From Patescibacteria group bacterium (lineage in GTDB: Bacteria > Patescibacteriota > Microgenomatia > UBA12405): a stretch of 64,000 bases of DNA. The DNA is taken from assembly GCA_013387215.1 (NCBI GenBank), contig WARW01000001.1:12735-76734 (forward strand), written 5' to 3'. The number at the start of each line of letters is the position of its first letter. Position 1 is the stretch's first letter. This document shows positions 9,895 through 19,982 of the stretch, piece by piece. Below the pieces are notes generated by a model. It did not search any database. It was not told the origin of the DNA and saw nothing but the letters and a program-made list of their open reading frames with translations. The position numbers and the translations under genes were made by a program.

Positions 9895-11090
9895 AGATTG
9901 TTGATATAAGGAAATTCTTCCAAAAGCTCGCCTGAATAATAAAATTCATACGAAAGTCTGCCAAAACTATATTGGTTTTGTCCGATTTTAACCGAAGACC
10001 CACCCACCTTTGGATTCGCATTTGGTCTAGATTGGGGAAATCCCACATTAAAAAGCGTTCCCACAATTTCCGGTCTGTCTGTAATATCAAATCCTGCATC
10101 CTTCCATTGTTTCATCATTTGCTTCAAATAAAGCCCCGCATACAAATAACTGTAATAATGAGTATTTTCCGTTAATCGCTTATATCTTTCGGCTGCTACA
10201 TCTTCGCCTTCTTTGTAATCTAAAATATTTTCATATTCTGGCCCCAAATAATACGGTGAACTTTTGTCTTTTAAATGATTTTCAATTTGAATGGCTGTGT
10301 CTTCTTTTATTGCCATTACTCCTAAAGAAATTTTATTTGAATTAGATAATATTTTTAATGGCTCGAAATATTGTTTATAAAGTTCTCGGGCTGAATAAAA
10401 TATTCTCAATTGTTCCACCATTAAATCTGAAACAATCAACCGTGGTTCAATATTAGCCGCAATAGCCGCATTATTAATTACTTTTTGATCTTTTTTGATT
10501 GATTCTGAGACTGCTTTCCATTCTTCCTGATCAGGCCACACAAATATATTTTGTCCCGTAGTGCTTTTAACTCTGTTTTCAATCTGCTCTTCAGAAATAT
10601 TTTTTGCAGAAAAATTATTCATACAACCCATCACGTTTTTGTCGTAGTCATCTTTATTGGTCAAATATGTTTCCACCGCAAAAATCATTTGCGCCACAAT
10701 TGAATCTGATTTTATATTCTTTTTAGCCATCAAAATTCTGTCTACATTTTTTGGAGCCGTATAGCTTAATTCTTCCAGTTTGCATAAATTTTGGGTTTTT
10801 AAATTTCTTTCGGCCGTTAATTTATTTATTTCTGTTTCAATGTTTGCCACTTCACCATTATTCTCTTTTATTTGAGCGCTGGTGCTGGCACCTAAAACCT
10901 GGCTTTGGTTAATTTGGCTTTGAAATGAATCGCTTAAATTATCGATACTGCCTTTAACATTGGTAAGTTTAAGTCTAATGGCAAAAAACACTCCCACAAA
11001 AATTATCCCGATAATTGCAAAAACGTGAATTCCAATTAAATACCCGATTTTCACTGGCTTACAAATTTTAGGCCGCTTAAACCGCAACAT
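9891..11090 (-). CDS. Hypothetical membrane-anchored protein (N-terminal TM, coiled coil, extracytoplasmic domain)
   Basis: TM helix IGYLIGIHVFAIIGIIFVGVFFAI near the N-terminus. No catalytic motif recognised. Confidence 0.4.
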   Translation of the reverse strand: MLRFKRPKICKPVKIGYLIGIHVFAIIGIIFVGVFFAIRLKLTNVKGSIDNLSDSFQSQINQSQVLGASTSAQIKENNGEVANIETEINKLTAERNLKTQNLCKLEELSYTAPKNVDRILMAKKNIKSDSIVAQMIFAVETYLTNKDDYDKNVMGCMNNFSAKNISEEQIENRVKSTTGQNIFVWPDQEEWKAVSESIKKDQKVINNAAIAANIEPRLIVSDLMVEQLRIFYSARELYKQYFEPLKILSNSNKISLGVMAIKEDTAIQIENHLKDKSSPYYLGPEYENILDYKEGEDVAAERYKRLTENTHYYSYLYAGLYLKQMMKQWKDAGFDITDRPEIVGTLFNVGFPQSRPNANPKVGGSSVKIGQNQYSFGRLSYEFYYSGELLEEFPYINNL

Positions 11091-11120
11091 ATTTTCCAGT
11101 ATAGCAAGGGATTCTTTATT

Positions 11121-11678
11121 TTATCTCACCAAACCGATTGGCATATACCATCCCATTGGTTTTTTGCATAAAGGACAAACTTGTGGTGGTTGTTTGCCCT
11201 TATGAATATAGCCGCAGTTGACGCATTTCCACTCAAGCTCCACGTCTTGATTATAAAGTGTGTTGCTGTCCATACATTTGGAGATGATAATATACCTTTC
11301 TTCGTGGTCAGCTTCGACTTCTTTTAGTTTCGAAAATAATCTTTCTGCATCTGTTTCTCCATCAATTTTTGCTTGTTCTTCAAAATTTGGATACATTGTG
11401 GTCCATTCAAATTTTTCTCCAGCTGCTGCCATTCTTAAATTTTCCAAAGTAGATTTAAATGGTCCTATTTCCAAATCTCCAGTCGTAACCACAGGTTCAG
11501 AAATTAATTCGAAAAGTTCCTGAGCATGTATCTTTTCATTTTCAGCCGTTTCTTCAAAAACTCTAGCAACCCATTCCAAATTTTCTTTTCTGGCAATTTT
11601 AGCGAATACTGAATATTTATTTCTGGCTTGGCTTTCACCCGCAAACGCTTTCAAAAGATTCTCTTGTGTTTTTGTCAT
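11121..11678 (-). CDS. Rubrerythrin (ferritin-like diiron domain plus C-terminal rubredoxin-like CxxC...CxxC)
   Basis: EExxH-type ferritin-like motifs. C-terminal WKCVNCGYIH...VCPLCKKP. Confidence 0.85.
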   Translation of the reverse strand: MTKTQENLLKAFAGESQARNKYSVFAKIARKENLEWVARVFEETAENEKIHAQELFELISEPVVTTGDLEIGPFKSTLENLRMAAAGEKFEWTTMYPNFEEQAKIDGETDAERLFSKLKEVEADHEERYIIISKCMDSNTLYNQDVELEWKCVNCGYIHKGKQPPQVCPLCKKPMGWYMPIGLVR

Positions 11679-11744
11679 AACTAATATTACACTATTTAAA
11701 TTTCTCAGTTATTTCTCAGTTGTGAGCTATAATATGGAAAGCAA

Positions 11745-12431
11745 ATGAAAGTACTTGTGGTTGAAGATGAACATAAAATAGCCAATTCCATCAAAAAAGG
11801 ACTCGAGCAAGAATCTTATGCCGTCGATGTGGCCTATGATGGCAATGATGGCTATGATTTGGCTTCCTCTGAAAGTTATGACTTAATGATTTTGGATTTA
11901 ATGTTGCCTGGTCTGAGTGGAATTGAAATCTGCAAAAAACTTCGTACCAATAGTATTCATACCCCAATTTTAATTCTTACTGCCAAAGGTCAATTAAAAG
12001 ACAAAGTCGATGGGCTTGATTCAGGTGCCGATGATTACTTAACAAAACCTTTTGCTTTTGAAGAACTTTTAGCCAGATCTCGGGCATTAATTAGACGCCC
12101 CCATGCCACTTCCGGCACTGTTTTGTGCTTAGATGATTTAAGTCTTAACACCCTTACTTATGAAGTCAAAAGGGGAGCCAAATCCATCCAGCTTTCCAGC
12201 AAAGAGTACGCTCTTTTGGAATATTTATTGCGCCATATTGGTAAAACTATTACTAAAGAACAAATTATTAATCATGTTTGGAATTATGATTCTGACGTTT
12301 TACCCAACACTGTTGAAGTCTATGTGGGTTATTTAAGAAATAAGATTGATAAGCCTTTTCCTGAAAAAACCAATTTAATCCACACCATCAGAGGATTTGG
12401 ATATAAATTAGAAAAGAAACTAAATGTTTAA
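11745..12431 (+). CDS. Two-component response regulator, OmpR/PhoB family (receiver plus winged helix)
   Basis: KVLVVEDE..., phospho-acceptor context ILDLMLPGLSGIE, ILILTAKG. C-terminal winged-helix motif VYVGYLRNKID. Confidence 0.85.
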   Translation: MKVLVVEDEHKIANSIKKGLEQESYAVDVAYDGNDGYDLASSESYDLMILDLMLPGLSGIEICKKLRTNSIHTPILILTAKGQLKDKVDGLDSGADDYLTKPFAFEELLARSRALIRRPHATSGTVLCLDDLSLNTLTYEVKRGAKSIQLSSKEYALLEYLLRHIGKTITKEQIINHVWNYDSDVLPNTVEVYVGYLRNKIDKPFPEKTNLIHTIRGFGYKLEKKLNV

Positions 12432-13482
12432 GCAAGCTCGGATCAAATTAACTGTCCAATACCTCATGATCATTATGATCATTAGTATTTTTTTTAGTTT
12501 AGTTATTTATCGGGCCTTAACTTTCGAATTAACTCGAATCGAAAACGCTCAAAGACTGAGAATTGAGCTTGGTTTGCCTTTCGGTATCAGTCTTCCGCCT
12601 GCATCAGGAACTGATTTTCCTCGTCGCTTATACATCGATCCTGAACTAATTCAGGACACCAAAAACAGAATCGGTTTATTGTTGCTCATAATAAATGTTG
12701 TTATATTAAGTGGTTCTTCGGCCGCAGCTTATTATTTGGCTGGAATTACTCTTAAGCCAATTAAAGACATGCTTGATGAACAAAATCGCTTTATTACTGA
12801 CGCCTCTCACGAACTCAGAACTCCAATTACGGCTTTAAAATCTGAAATTGAAGTTAATTTAAGGGATAAAAATTTAAAGCTTTCCGATGCCAAAGCGCTT
12901 CTCAAAAGTAATTTGGAAGAAACCAATCATCTGCAGTCTCTAACGGATGAATTGATAAAATTAACCCAATATCAAGGCAAAAACGATGAACACAAAATTG
13001 TCATGTCTAGTGTTTCTTTAGGATTAATTTTAGATGAATCGATTAATCAGGTTAAAAGTATGGCTAAAAATAAAAAAATTACTTTAACTAATACAGCCGC
13101 CGACTTTAATATTGAAGCCAACGCTCCATTATTATCCGAACTTTTTATTATTTTTCTTGATAATGCCATTAAATATAGTCCCAAAAATAGCGAAATAAAA
13201 ATAAGCGACAAAAAAACCGATGGTCATGTTATTGTTTCTATTGCTGACTCTGGTATGGGGATTTCCAAAGAAGACATCTCCCATATTTTTGATCGTTTTT
13301 ATCGAACTGATAAATCACGTTCTAAAACTAACACCTCTGGCTATGGTTTAGGTTTATCAATCGCCAAACAAATCATCGATAAACACCACGGGTTTATAAA
13401 AGTTCAAAGTCAGGTAGACAAAGGCACTACTTTTTTAATCGAACTTCCCCTAAAACAACCTAAGAAAATAATTAATATTTAA
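12424..13482 (+). CDS. Sensor histidine kinase (HisKA plus HATPase_c). Overlaps the response regulator by 8 nt.
   Basis: H-box ASHELRTPIT. N/G boxes (LDNAIKYS, DSGMGIS, GYGLGLSIAK). Two N-terminal TM helices. Confidence 0.8.
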   Translation: MFKQARIKLTVQYLMIIMIISIFFSLVIYRALTFELTRIENAQRLRIELGLPFGISLPPASGTDFPRRLYIDPELIQDTKNRIGLLLLIINVVILSGSSAAAYYLAGITLKPIKDMLDEQNRFITDASHELRTPITALKSEIEVNLRDKNLKLSDAKALLKSNLEETNHLQSLTDELIKLTQYQGKNDEHKIVMSSVSLGLILDESINQVKSMAKNKKITLTNTAADFNIEANAPLLSELFIIFLDNAIKYSPKNSEIKISDKKTDGHVIVSIADSGMGISKEDISHIFDRFYRTDKSRSKTNTSGYGLGLSIAKQIIDKHHGFIKVQSQVDKGTTFLIELPLKQPKKIINI

Positions 13483-13510
13483 GCTTCTTCTCAGTTGCCT
13501 TTTGTAAATT

Positions 13511-14794
13511 ATGGCCATGACCAATCAAAATAGTGCAAAAAAAGGCAATAACTTTTTTAAAGGTCGCGAAATAATCATCTTTGCCCTTGTTATTATTGCC
13601 CTCGGTTTTGGGGCTTTCAAATTATTTTTTCCTAAAAAAGCCGCTGTTCAATATCAAACTTCTACTGCTGAAAAGGGAACTTTAATTTCCAGTGTTTCTT
13701 CCTCAGGAAGTATTTCTTCTGGTAATAATCTTTCTATTTCCACGGCCGCTACCGGGGTTATTGATAAAGTTTTTGTTAAGAATGGCGACAAGGTCAGACA
13801 AGGCCAAACTATCGCTACTATTTTGCCAGATCAAGATTCCAAACAAAAACAAATAGCCGCCTGGGGAGCTGTTGTCTCTGCTCAAAATCAATTAAGCTCA
13901 GCTCAAACTGCTATGTATCAACTCCAGTCCACCGCAGCTAAGGCCGATCAAGTCTTTCATGATCAAGCTCAGTCTCAAAATCTTTCTCCTGACGATATCA
14001 CTTATATTACCCAAAAAGCCAACAAAGATCAGGCTGATGCTCAATTAGCTAACCAGCCAAGCGTTATTAATGCCGCTCAAATTTCTCTTACCAACGCCCA
14101 GCTTTCATATCAAAAATTATCAAATAGTATTATTGCTCCTTCTGCTGGCACTGTTTCCAATTTAATTATTGCTCCTGGTACTATTATCAGCCAGCAGTCC
14201 AGTTCTAATTCAAATTCCAGCGGAACTCAGCAAATTGGAACAATAACCAGGCAGCAAAATAACCTTCAAGCCGCTGTCAATCTAAGTGAAATGGATGTCA
14301 CTAAAGTAAAAGTAGGCCAAAAAGTAACAATTTCTCTTGATGCTTTTCCCAATAAAACATTTACTGGCAAAGTGCTTTTAGTCAATACTAACGGCCAGGT
14401 TAGTTCCGGCGTTACCAATTATCCGACTATTATTGGTTTTGACACTGATCCAGGTAATATTTATCCCAATATGGGTGTTAGTACCGATATTATTACTAAT
14501 ATTAAAAACGATGTTGTTTTAGTTCCTTCAACTGCAGTCAAAACCTCAAATGGTCAATCAATGGTTCAAGTTATGAAAAATGGTCAAGTAAGTTCTGTTC
14601 CAGTTGAAATAGGTGATTCCAATGATACTCAAACAGAAATCACTTCCGGTATTAATGAAGGCGACGTTGTTGTTACTAACACCTCTAATTCTTCGGCCGC
14701 CAAAGCTTCAACTAGCACCAGTTCTGTTTTTAGCAATATTGGCCGTGGTGGCGGTGGAAATGCAGTTAGAATTCAAGGCGGATTTGGCCGTTAA
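13511..14794 (+). CDS. Periplasmic adaptor subunit (HlyD/MacA family) of a tripartite or ABC efflux system
   Basis: N-terminal TM anchor, biotinyl/lipoyl-like motif, long coiled-coil region, beta-barrel C-terminus. Immediately upstream of the ABC ATPase and permease. Confidence 0.65.
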   Translation: MAMTNQNSAKKGNNFFKGREIIIFALVIIALGFGAFKLFFPKKAAVQYQTSTAEKGTLISSVSSSGSISSGNNLSISTAATGVIDKVFVKNGDKVRQGQTIATILPDQDSKQKQIAAWGAVVSAQNQLSSAQTAMYQLQSTAAKADQVFHDQAQSQNLSPDDITYITQKANKDQADAQLANQPSVINAAQISLTNAQLSYQKLSNSIIAPSAGTVSNLIIAPGTIISQQSSSNSNSSGTQQIGTITRQQNNLQAAVNLSEMDVTKVKVGQKVTISLDAFPNKTFTGKVLLVNTNGQVSSGVTNYPTIIGFDTDPGNIYPNMGVSTDIITNIKNDVVLVPSTAVKTSNGQSMVQVMKNGQVSSVPVEIGDSNDTQTEITSGINEGDVVVTNTSNSSAAKASTSTSSVFSNIGRGGGGNAVRIQGGFGR

Positions 14795-14798
14795 AGCT

Positions 14799-15518
14799 AT
14801 GACAGATAAAGCAATTATTAAAGCTAGTCATTTAACTAAAGTTTACAAAACAGATCTTTTGGAAACTGTTGCCTTGTCTGACGTTTCATTTACCATCAAT
14901 AAAGGGGAATTTGTGGCTATTATGGGGCCATCTGGCTCTGGCAAATCAACTCTAATGCATATCTTGGGAGCCCTAGATAAACCTACTTCTGGGGAATATA
15001 TTCTTGATGGCGAAAATGTTGAAAATCTTTCCGATGACGAACTTGCCGACATTCGTAATCGTAAAATCGGTTTTGTTTTTCAGGCTTTTAATTTATTGCC
15101 TCGTACCAGTACTTTAAAAAATGTCATATTACCAATGACATATGCCGGTATTCCCAAAGATGAAGCCGAAAAAACCGCAATTAAATATTTAAAAATGGTT
15201 GGCCTCAACGATCGTTTAAACCACACTTCCAATCAAATTTCAGGTGGTCAGCAGCAGCGTGTGGCCATAGCTAGAGCTTTAGTTCTGAATCCTGCCATTA
15301 TTCTTGCAGATGAACCGACTGGAAATATTGCCTCTGCCCAGGCCAATGAAATTATGGCCATATTTCAGGACTTAAATAACAAAGGCCATACCATTGTCAT
15401 GATTACCCACGAACCGGATATCGCCGAACATGCCAAAAGAATTATTCACATTCGCGATGGCAAGATAGCCCAGGATTCTAATGGGCACAAACAACTCTTA
15501 GTTAAAAAAAATAAATAA
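14799..15518 (+). CDS. ABC transporter ATP-binding protein (MacB/LolD-like)
   Basis: Walker A GPSGSGKST, signature LSGGQQQRVAIARAL, Walker B ILADEPTG, H-loop. The listed ORF starts at 14613. The biologically plausible start is ATG 14799, 4 nt after the upstream stop. Confidence 0.85.
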   Translation: MTDKAIIKASHLTKVYKTDLLETVALSDVSFTINKGEFVAIMGPSGSGKSTLMHILGALDKPTSGEYILDGENVENLSDDELADIRNRKIGFVFQAFNLLPRTSTLKNVILPMTYAGIPKDEAEKTAIKYLKMVGLNDRLNHTSNQISGGQQQRVAIARALVLNPAIILADEPTGNIASAQANEIMAIFQDLNNKGHTIVMITHEPDIAEHAKRIIHIRDGKIAQDSNGHKQLLVKKNK

Positions 15519-15519
15519 T

Positions 15520-16740
15520 ATGAACCTAATTAATTTATTTTTAGAAAGCCTCAGCACACTGACTTTAAACAAAACCAGAACTGGCTTGGCTATCTTGGGT
15601 ATTATTATTGGCATCGGCAGCGTTATTGCTCTTGTTTCTCTGGGTCAAGCCACTCAAAAATCAATCCAAAATCAAATTCAATCTCTTGGTTCTAACCTGT
15701 TAACCGTATCGCCTGGTGCTGTCAATCAGGGTGGAGTTAGAGGTGCTTCGGGTGGCGGTACCACTCTAACTCTTGAAGATGCTAAAACTATTGAGTCTTC
15801 ACCTCAAATCACTACCATTCAAACTGTTTCCCCTGAACTGTCAAAACGTACCCAAATTACCACTGGCGCCAGTAATACCAATGTTCAAGTCATCGGTGTT
15901 ACTCCGGCTTATTCAGATGTTCACAAAATTGCCGTAGATTCAGGTAATTTTATAACCCAACACGATGTTGATGCTATGACTAAAGTAGCTGTAATTGGTC
16001 CTCAAGTTGCCACTGATTTATTTGGCACTTCATCTCCTATCGGTCAAAAAATTAGGGCTGGCGGTCAAACATTAACTGTTGTTGGTGTCACCGTTTCAAA
16101 AGGAGGAACTGGATTTCAAAATCAAGACGACATTGTTTTTGTGCCCCTATCTACCGCTCAAAAACAAATGTTTGGTTCGGATTATTTAAGTTCCATCGCG
16201 CTTGAAGCCAAAAGTTCCGATCAGATGCTTGCTGCCCAAGATGAAGTTGGCTATTTTCTTCTAGCTCGCCATAAAATTACCGATCCGACCTTGGCCGATT
16301 TTTCCATATTTTCTCAACAGGATATTTTAAACACCGCCTCGTCAGTCACTGGCACTTTCACCACTCTTCTTTCTGGTGTAGCCGCTATTTCACTTTTAGT
16401 CGGTGGTATTGGCATTATGAATATCATGCTGGTTACTGTCACCGAAAGAACTCGCGAAATTGGTTTAAGAAAAGCCTTGGGCGCCAAGAAAAAAATCATT
16501 ATCACCCAATTTTTAAGTGAATCCATTATTCTGACTTTTACTGGTGGATTATTTGGTATTGTCCTAGGTATCTTAGCTTCTTTTATAATTTCTAAAATTT
16601 CTAATTCACTTTTTGTTGTTTCACCATCATCCATTCTTTTGGCTTTTGCAGTTTCAGCTGCGATTGGTATTATTTTTGGCTGGTATCCGGCCCAGCGCGC
16701 TTCCAATCTTCAGCCGATTGAAGCTCTCCGTTATGAATAA
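15520..16740 (+). CDS. ABC transporter permease, MacB/FtsX-like (MacB periplasmic domain plus 4 TM)
   Basis: N-terminal TM, large periplasmic domain, C-terminal FtsX-like TM bundle. Starts 1 nt after the ATPase stop. Confidence 0.8.
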   Translation: MNLINLFLESLSTLTLNKTRTGLAILGIIIGIGSVIALVSLGQATQKSIQNQIQSLGSNLLTVSPGAVNQGGVRGASGGGTTLTLEDAKTIESSPQITTIQTVSPELSKRTQITTGASNTNVQVIGVTPAYSDVHKIAVDSGNFITQHDVDAMTKVAVIGPQVATDLFGTSSPIGQKIRAGGQTLTVVGVTVSKGGTGFQNQDDIVFVPLSTAQKQMFGSDYLSSIALEAKSSDQMLAAQDEVGYFLLARHKITDPTLADFSIFSQQDILNTASSVTGTFTTLLSGVAAISLLVGGIGIMNIMLVTVTERTREIGLRKALGAKKKIIITQFLSESIILTFTGGLFGIVLGILASFIISKISNSLFVVSPSSILLAFAVSAAIGIIFGWYPAQRASNLQPIEALRYE

Positions 16741-16782
16741 ACAATTTACTCAATTTATTAATTTATATAAAAGGAAAAAAGT

Positions 16783-17271
16783 ATGTTGAACGAAGAGAAA
16801 TCCAGCTCTGCTGGAAAAAATAATTCAATAATAATCACCGTTGTTCTAGTTTTAGCAGTTGGTGCCAGTGCTTTCTTTGGCGGCATGAAATATCAGCAAA
16901 GCAAAGCTCCCAGTTTTACATCGTTCAATGGTCAAGGTGGCGCTAGAATGCAGGGTGGCCAGGGTAGAGGAACTCAAGGAGGTGGAAACCGTGCCAATGG
17001 TGGATTCCGCCCCATATTAGGTGAAATAGTTAGCTCTGATGATAAATCAATTACTGTTAAACTCCAAGACGGTTCGAGTAAGATAGTTATTCTTTCTACT
17101 TCCACCAATATCAATAAAGCCTCAACTGCCGCAAAAACTGATTTAACCACTGGTCAAACAGTTTCTGTTTTTGGTCAAGCCAATCAAGATGGAAGCGTTA
17201 CTGCTCAAAATATCCAGCTTAATCCCATCATCAGAAACAATCCTTCAGTTTCACCAGCTCCGCAGCAATAA
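16783..17271 (+). CDS. Hypothetical secreted protein with a Gly/Gln/Asn-rich repeat region
   Basis: Signal/TM at the N-terminus followed by NGQGGARMQGGQGRGTQGGGNRANGG. Confidence 0.4.
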   Translation: MLNEEKSSSAGKNNSIIITVVLVLAVGASAFFGGMKYQQSKAPSFTSFNGQGGARMQGGQGRGTQGGGNRANGGFRPILGEIVSSDDKSITVKLQDGSSKIVILSTSTNINKASTAAKTDLTTGQTVSVFGQANQDGSVTAQNIQLNPIIRNNPSVSPAPQQ

Positions 17272-17324
17272 ACTATTTAGCCAACTGCACACTCTGGGCA
17301 ATTTGCCATAAAGTAATTTTTATC

Positions 17325-18464
17325 TTATTTTTTATACAAATAGAAAAAATCTTTATTATATTTCGATAAATACTGTTTAGATCCGTCTTGAAGACTTTTG
17401 TTTAGGGTTGTACTTTTATATCGTCCATTTCCGATCGAGTCGAAAAAATTGAATCGTACCCAATATGGATTAATATCTAATTGAATTGCGTCCTGGGCTC
17501 CGGCCATTTTCAAAGCCTTTGCTAAAGTTGCAGGTGTTAAATTATTTCCAACGGCAAACAATAAATTACCATTTTTGTTTAAACCTAAACCTGACCTCCA
17601 GGTATAAGTATCTGATGTCAAAGTTCTGCCCCATAAATTTTTATTTCTTGAATCCAGAACTGCCATACTTCCGTTTTCAATAAGTATTGGACAGTTTTGT
17701 CGCACAAAAATCATGTCACTTCCAATTTCTTGACCAGTATAATTTACAATTCTGAGTGTTCCGTTTTTAAATCCCACCAAAGTTCCTGTGTCATTTTTAA
17801 GCGGCAAGTAGCTGACATTATCCACAATCATTCCATATTCTCCATCCCGATATTGAAATCCTCCGTCAAATGCCGCCACTAATTTTCCGCTCTCTATAAT
17901 ATCTTTTGGTATTGATCCTGGACCTGGTTTACCCACTGCCCCTCCGGGTTCTTTGGTTCCAGCCACTAATCCCAAACGTAATGCTTTCATATCTATTTGG
18001 ACTACACTGACCACTGCAAACGGTCTTGCCGGATCTGGCCTTACAAAAGTATACGCAGCTACTTCTTCATCAGGAAACAAGCTAATTGGTTTATTTTTCC
18101 AAGCCCCTTCATTATTTACCGGCGTTAAATTTTTATCTACTGGTATTGTTTTCAAATCTAATCTAGTTTTTATATTAATACTGCTAAACTGTAAACCTTG
18201 ATCTTCAAATTGGGGATCAGAGGCGATTTTGTTATTGTAAGTTAGTCTTTCCACATTATCCGAAAAATTATAAAATACCTTTTCTAGCCATACAATCGTT
18301 TTAGCCCCAAATATCGGTCTTAAATAATTATCTGTTATTTCTGCTGCATCAGCTGCATCTACTTTAATAAATATTCCTAGGCCAATAACCAGAAAAACCG
18401 GCACTAATAATATCCACCAAAACTTTTTTATAATTTTTAACCCTCTCTTCTGTTTAAAATGCAT
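17325..18464 (-). CDS. Membrane-anchored extracytoplasmic protein, possibly phosphodiester-glycosidase-like (DUF2233 family)
   Basis: N-terminal TM. Weak resemblance of the motif AAFDGGFQYRDGEYGMIV. Low confidence. Confidence 0.3.
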   Translation of the reverse strand: MHFKQKRGLKIIKKFWWILLVPVFLVIGLGIFIKVDAADAAEITDNYLRPIFGAKTIVWLEKVFYNFSDNVERLTYNNKIASDPQFEDQGLQFSSINIKTRLDLKTIPVDKNLTPVNNEGAWKNKPISLFPDEEVAAYTFVRPDPARPFAVVSVVQIDMKALRLGLVAGTKEPGGAVGKPGPGSIPKDIIESGKLVAAFDGGFQYRDGEYGMIVDNVSYLPLKNDTGTLVGFKNGTLRIVNYTGQEIGSDMIFVRQNCPILIENGSMAVLDSRNKNLWGRTLTSDTYTWRSGLGLNKNGNLLFAVGNNLTPATLAKALKMAGAQDAIQLDINPYWVRFNFFDSIGNGRYKSTTLNKSLQDGSKQYLSKYNKDFFYLYKK

Positions 18465-18518
18465 AGAAAATTAATAATTGATACTTTATTATATAGTTAG
18501 TAATAAACTAATTCCAGA

Positions 18519-19394
18519 TTATTGATTATTGTTCGCTTCCAATATCTTTGCTTTTTTATGAAGCTCAAAAGTTTTATTGATAGCTAAAATATCTTTATTA
18601 ATTACCGCCTTAATTGTCTTGGCAGTAGCTTGACTGGCAGTTAAATCAGTCGAAGTTTCTAATTTTTGTATTCGGTCGGATTGTAAGTTTAGATCATCCA
18701 AAATTCTTTGAGCGGCCGTTGTGTCATAACCTTTTGTTTTTTGATCATTTATTCTTTTGGAAAAATTCAAAATTTTTATATTTAAATCATTGTTTGCTGT
18801 TTTAAGGCTGTTTTTAAATGCTATATTTTTGTAAGCCTGTTCAATTGCCTTGTTGGCTTCAACAAAGTCCTTTTGCACAATAGTTTTTACCGAATTTATG
18901 CTTTTTCGAATCGCATTAATATTTTCAGTATTCGATTCTGCTGGAACTTTTATATTTTTTAAAATTTCAATTTGATTTTCCAAATCATTGATTATTGTTT
19001 TAATATTCTCAGACTCGGTTCCTTTTATCTTAGATAATTTTTTGCTTAATACTAAATTCTTATTTTGGGCATCTTTAATTGCATTTTCTATTTCTAATTT
19101 AACTTGGGTATTTTTAACTTTTGGTGGATTTGTTTTATTTGTAGTTGCTGCTTTTTTTGTTGTTGTTTCTGCATTTGCAATTAAACCGCTGCAGGCGCAA
19201 GTTTGGCTGTCAGTGCCATCAAAACATTTCAGTCTATTTGTTGCTTTGTTGCAAACCACAATTCCGCCGTGTCCGCCGCAGCATTTATCAGCTGCTTGTG
19301 CCGGCATTGGCATTATAAAAACAAAGGCTGACAAAACTGCTACGCTCAAAATTTTTTTGATTTTCATACGTGTAATTATTATTTTATTATGCAA
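18519..19394 (-). CDS. Hypothetical secreted protein: Cys-rich N-terminal module plus long coiled coil
   Basis: Signal peptide, CCGGHGGIVVCNKATNRLKCFDGTDSQTCAC, then Lys/Asn/Glu-rich heptad-like sequence. Confidence 0.4.
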   Translation of the reverse strand: MHNKIIITRMKIKKILSVAVLSAFVFIMPMPAQAADKCCGGHGGIVVCNKATNRLKCFDGTDSQTCACSGLIANAETTTKKAATTNKTNPPKVKNTQVKLEIENAIKDAQNKNLVLSKKLSKIKGTESENIKTIINDLENQIEILKNIKVPAESNTENINAIRKSINSVKTIVQKDFVEANKAIEQAYKNIAFKNSLKTANNDLNIKILNFSKRINDQKTKGYDTTAAQRILDDLNLQSDRIQKLETSTDLTASQATAKTIKAVINKDILAINKTFELHKKAKILEANNNQ

Positions 19395-19397
19395 TCT

Positions 19398-19982
19398 CTA
19401 ATAAGTCGATATCCTCTCGCCTAAACTTTGAGCTTTAATTTCCCACATCTTTTTTTTGGCTTCATCTGCTTTTCTGACTGGCGTAAAGTAGTTGAATTTG
19501 ACCGGTTTTACCCCGCAAAATCCTAAAATTGATTTTCTCATTAACAACTCCAAAGGTCGGCCCATAAAAACTTTGTAATAAACCAAAGGGGAGTCCATAG
19601 TCGCCAAAACTTCAGCACTTTTATTTTTCATTAATTGAATAGGCAGTGGAGAACCGCTTTGATATTTATACATTATCCCCGATAAAAAGGTTCTATCAAT
19701 AAACCCTTTCAATAAAGCTGGCATTGCTCCCCACCATATTGGCGTCACAAAAAGCCAATGGTCTGCCCACAATAAATCATCCACTGCCATTTTTAAGTCA
19801 GGCTCCCATTTTTGTTCTTGCCGATAACCGTTTTTCAAAATCGGATCGAATTTTAAATCTCCCAAATATAAAATTCTAACTTCTGCTCCCTTCATTTCTG
19901 CACCCTTTTTGTAGGCTTCAGCCAACATTCCTGATGTGCTGTCTTTTAAAGGATGGCCAACAATAATGCTTATCTTTTTCAT
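19398..19982 (-). CDS. NAD(P)H dehydrogenase (quinone), flavodoxin-like fold (Flavodoxin_2 / NQO1-like)
   Basis: ISIIVGHP...SGMLAEAY..., FVTPIWWGAMPALLKGFIDR, typical of FMN-dependent NAD(P)H:quinone oxidoreductases. Confidence 0.7.
   Translation of the reverse strand: MKKISIIVGHPLKDSTSGMLAEAYKKGAEMKGAEVRILYLGDLKFDPILKNGYRQEQKWEPDLKMAVDDLLWADHWLFVTPIWWGAMPALLKGFIDRTFLSGIMYKYQSGSPLPIQLMKNKSAEVLATMDSPLVYYKVFMGRPLELLMRKSILGFCGVKPVKFNYFTPVRKADEAKKKMWEIKAQSLGERISTY

Noticed and set aside
14613-14798. N-terminal 62-codon extension of the ABC ATPase ORF, overlapping the adaptor gene
   Set aside because: The extension is a hydrophobic low-complexity read-through in an alternative frame of the upstream gene. 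The ATG at 14799 gives a canonical ABC N-terminus 4 nt after the upstream stop.
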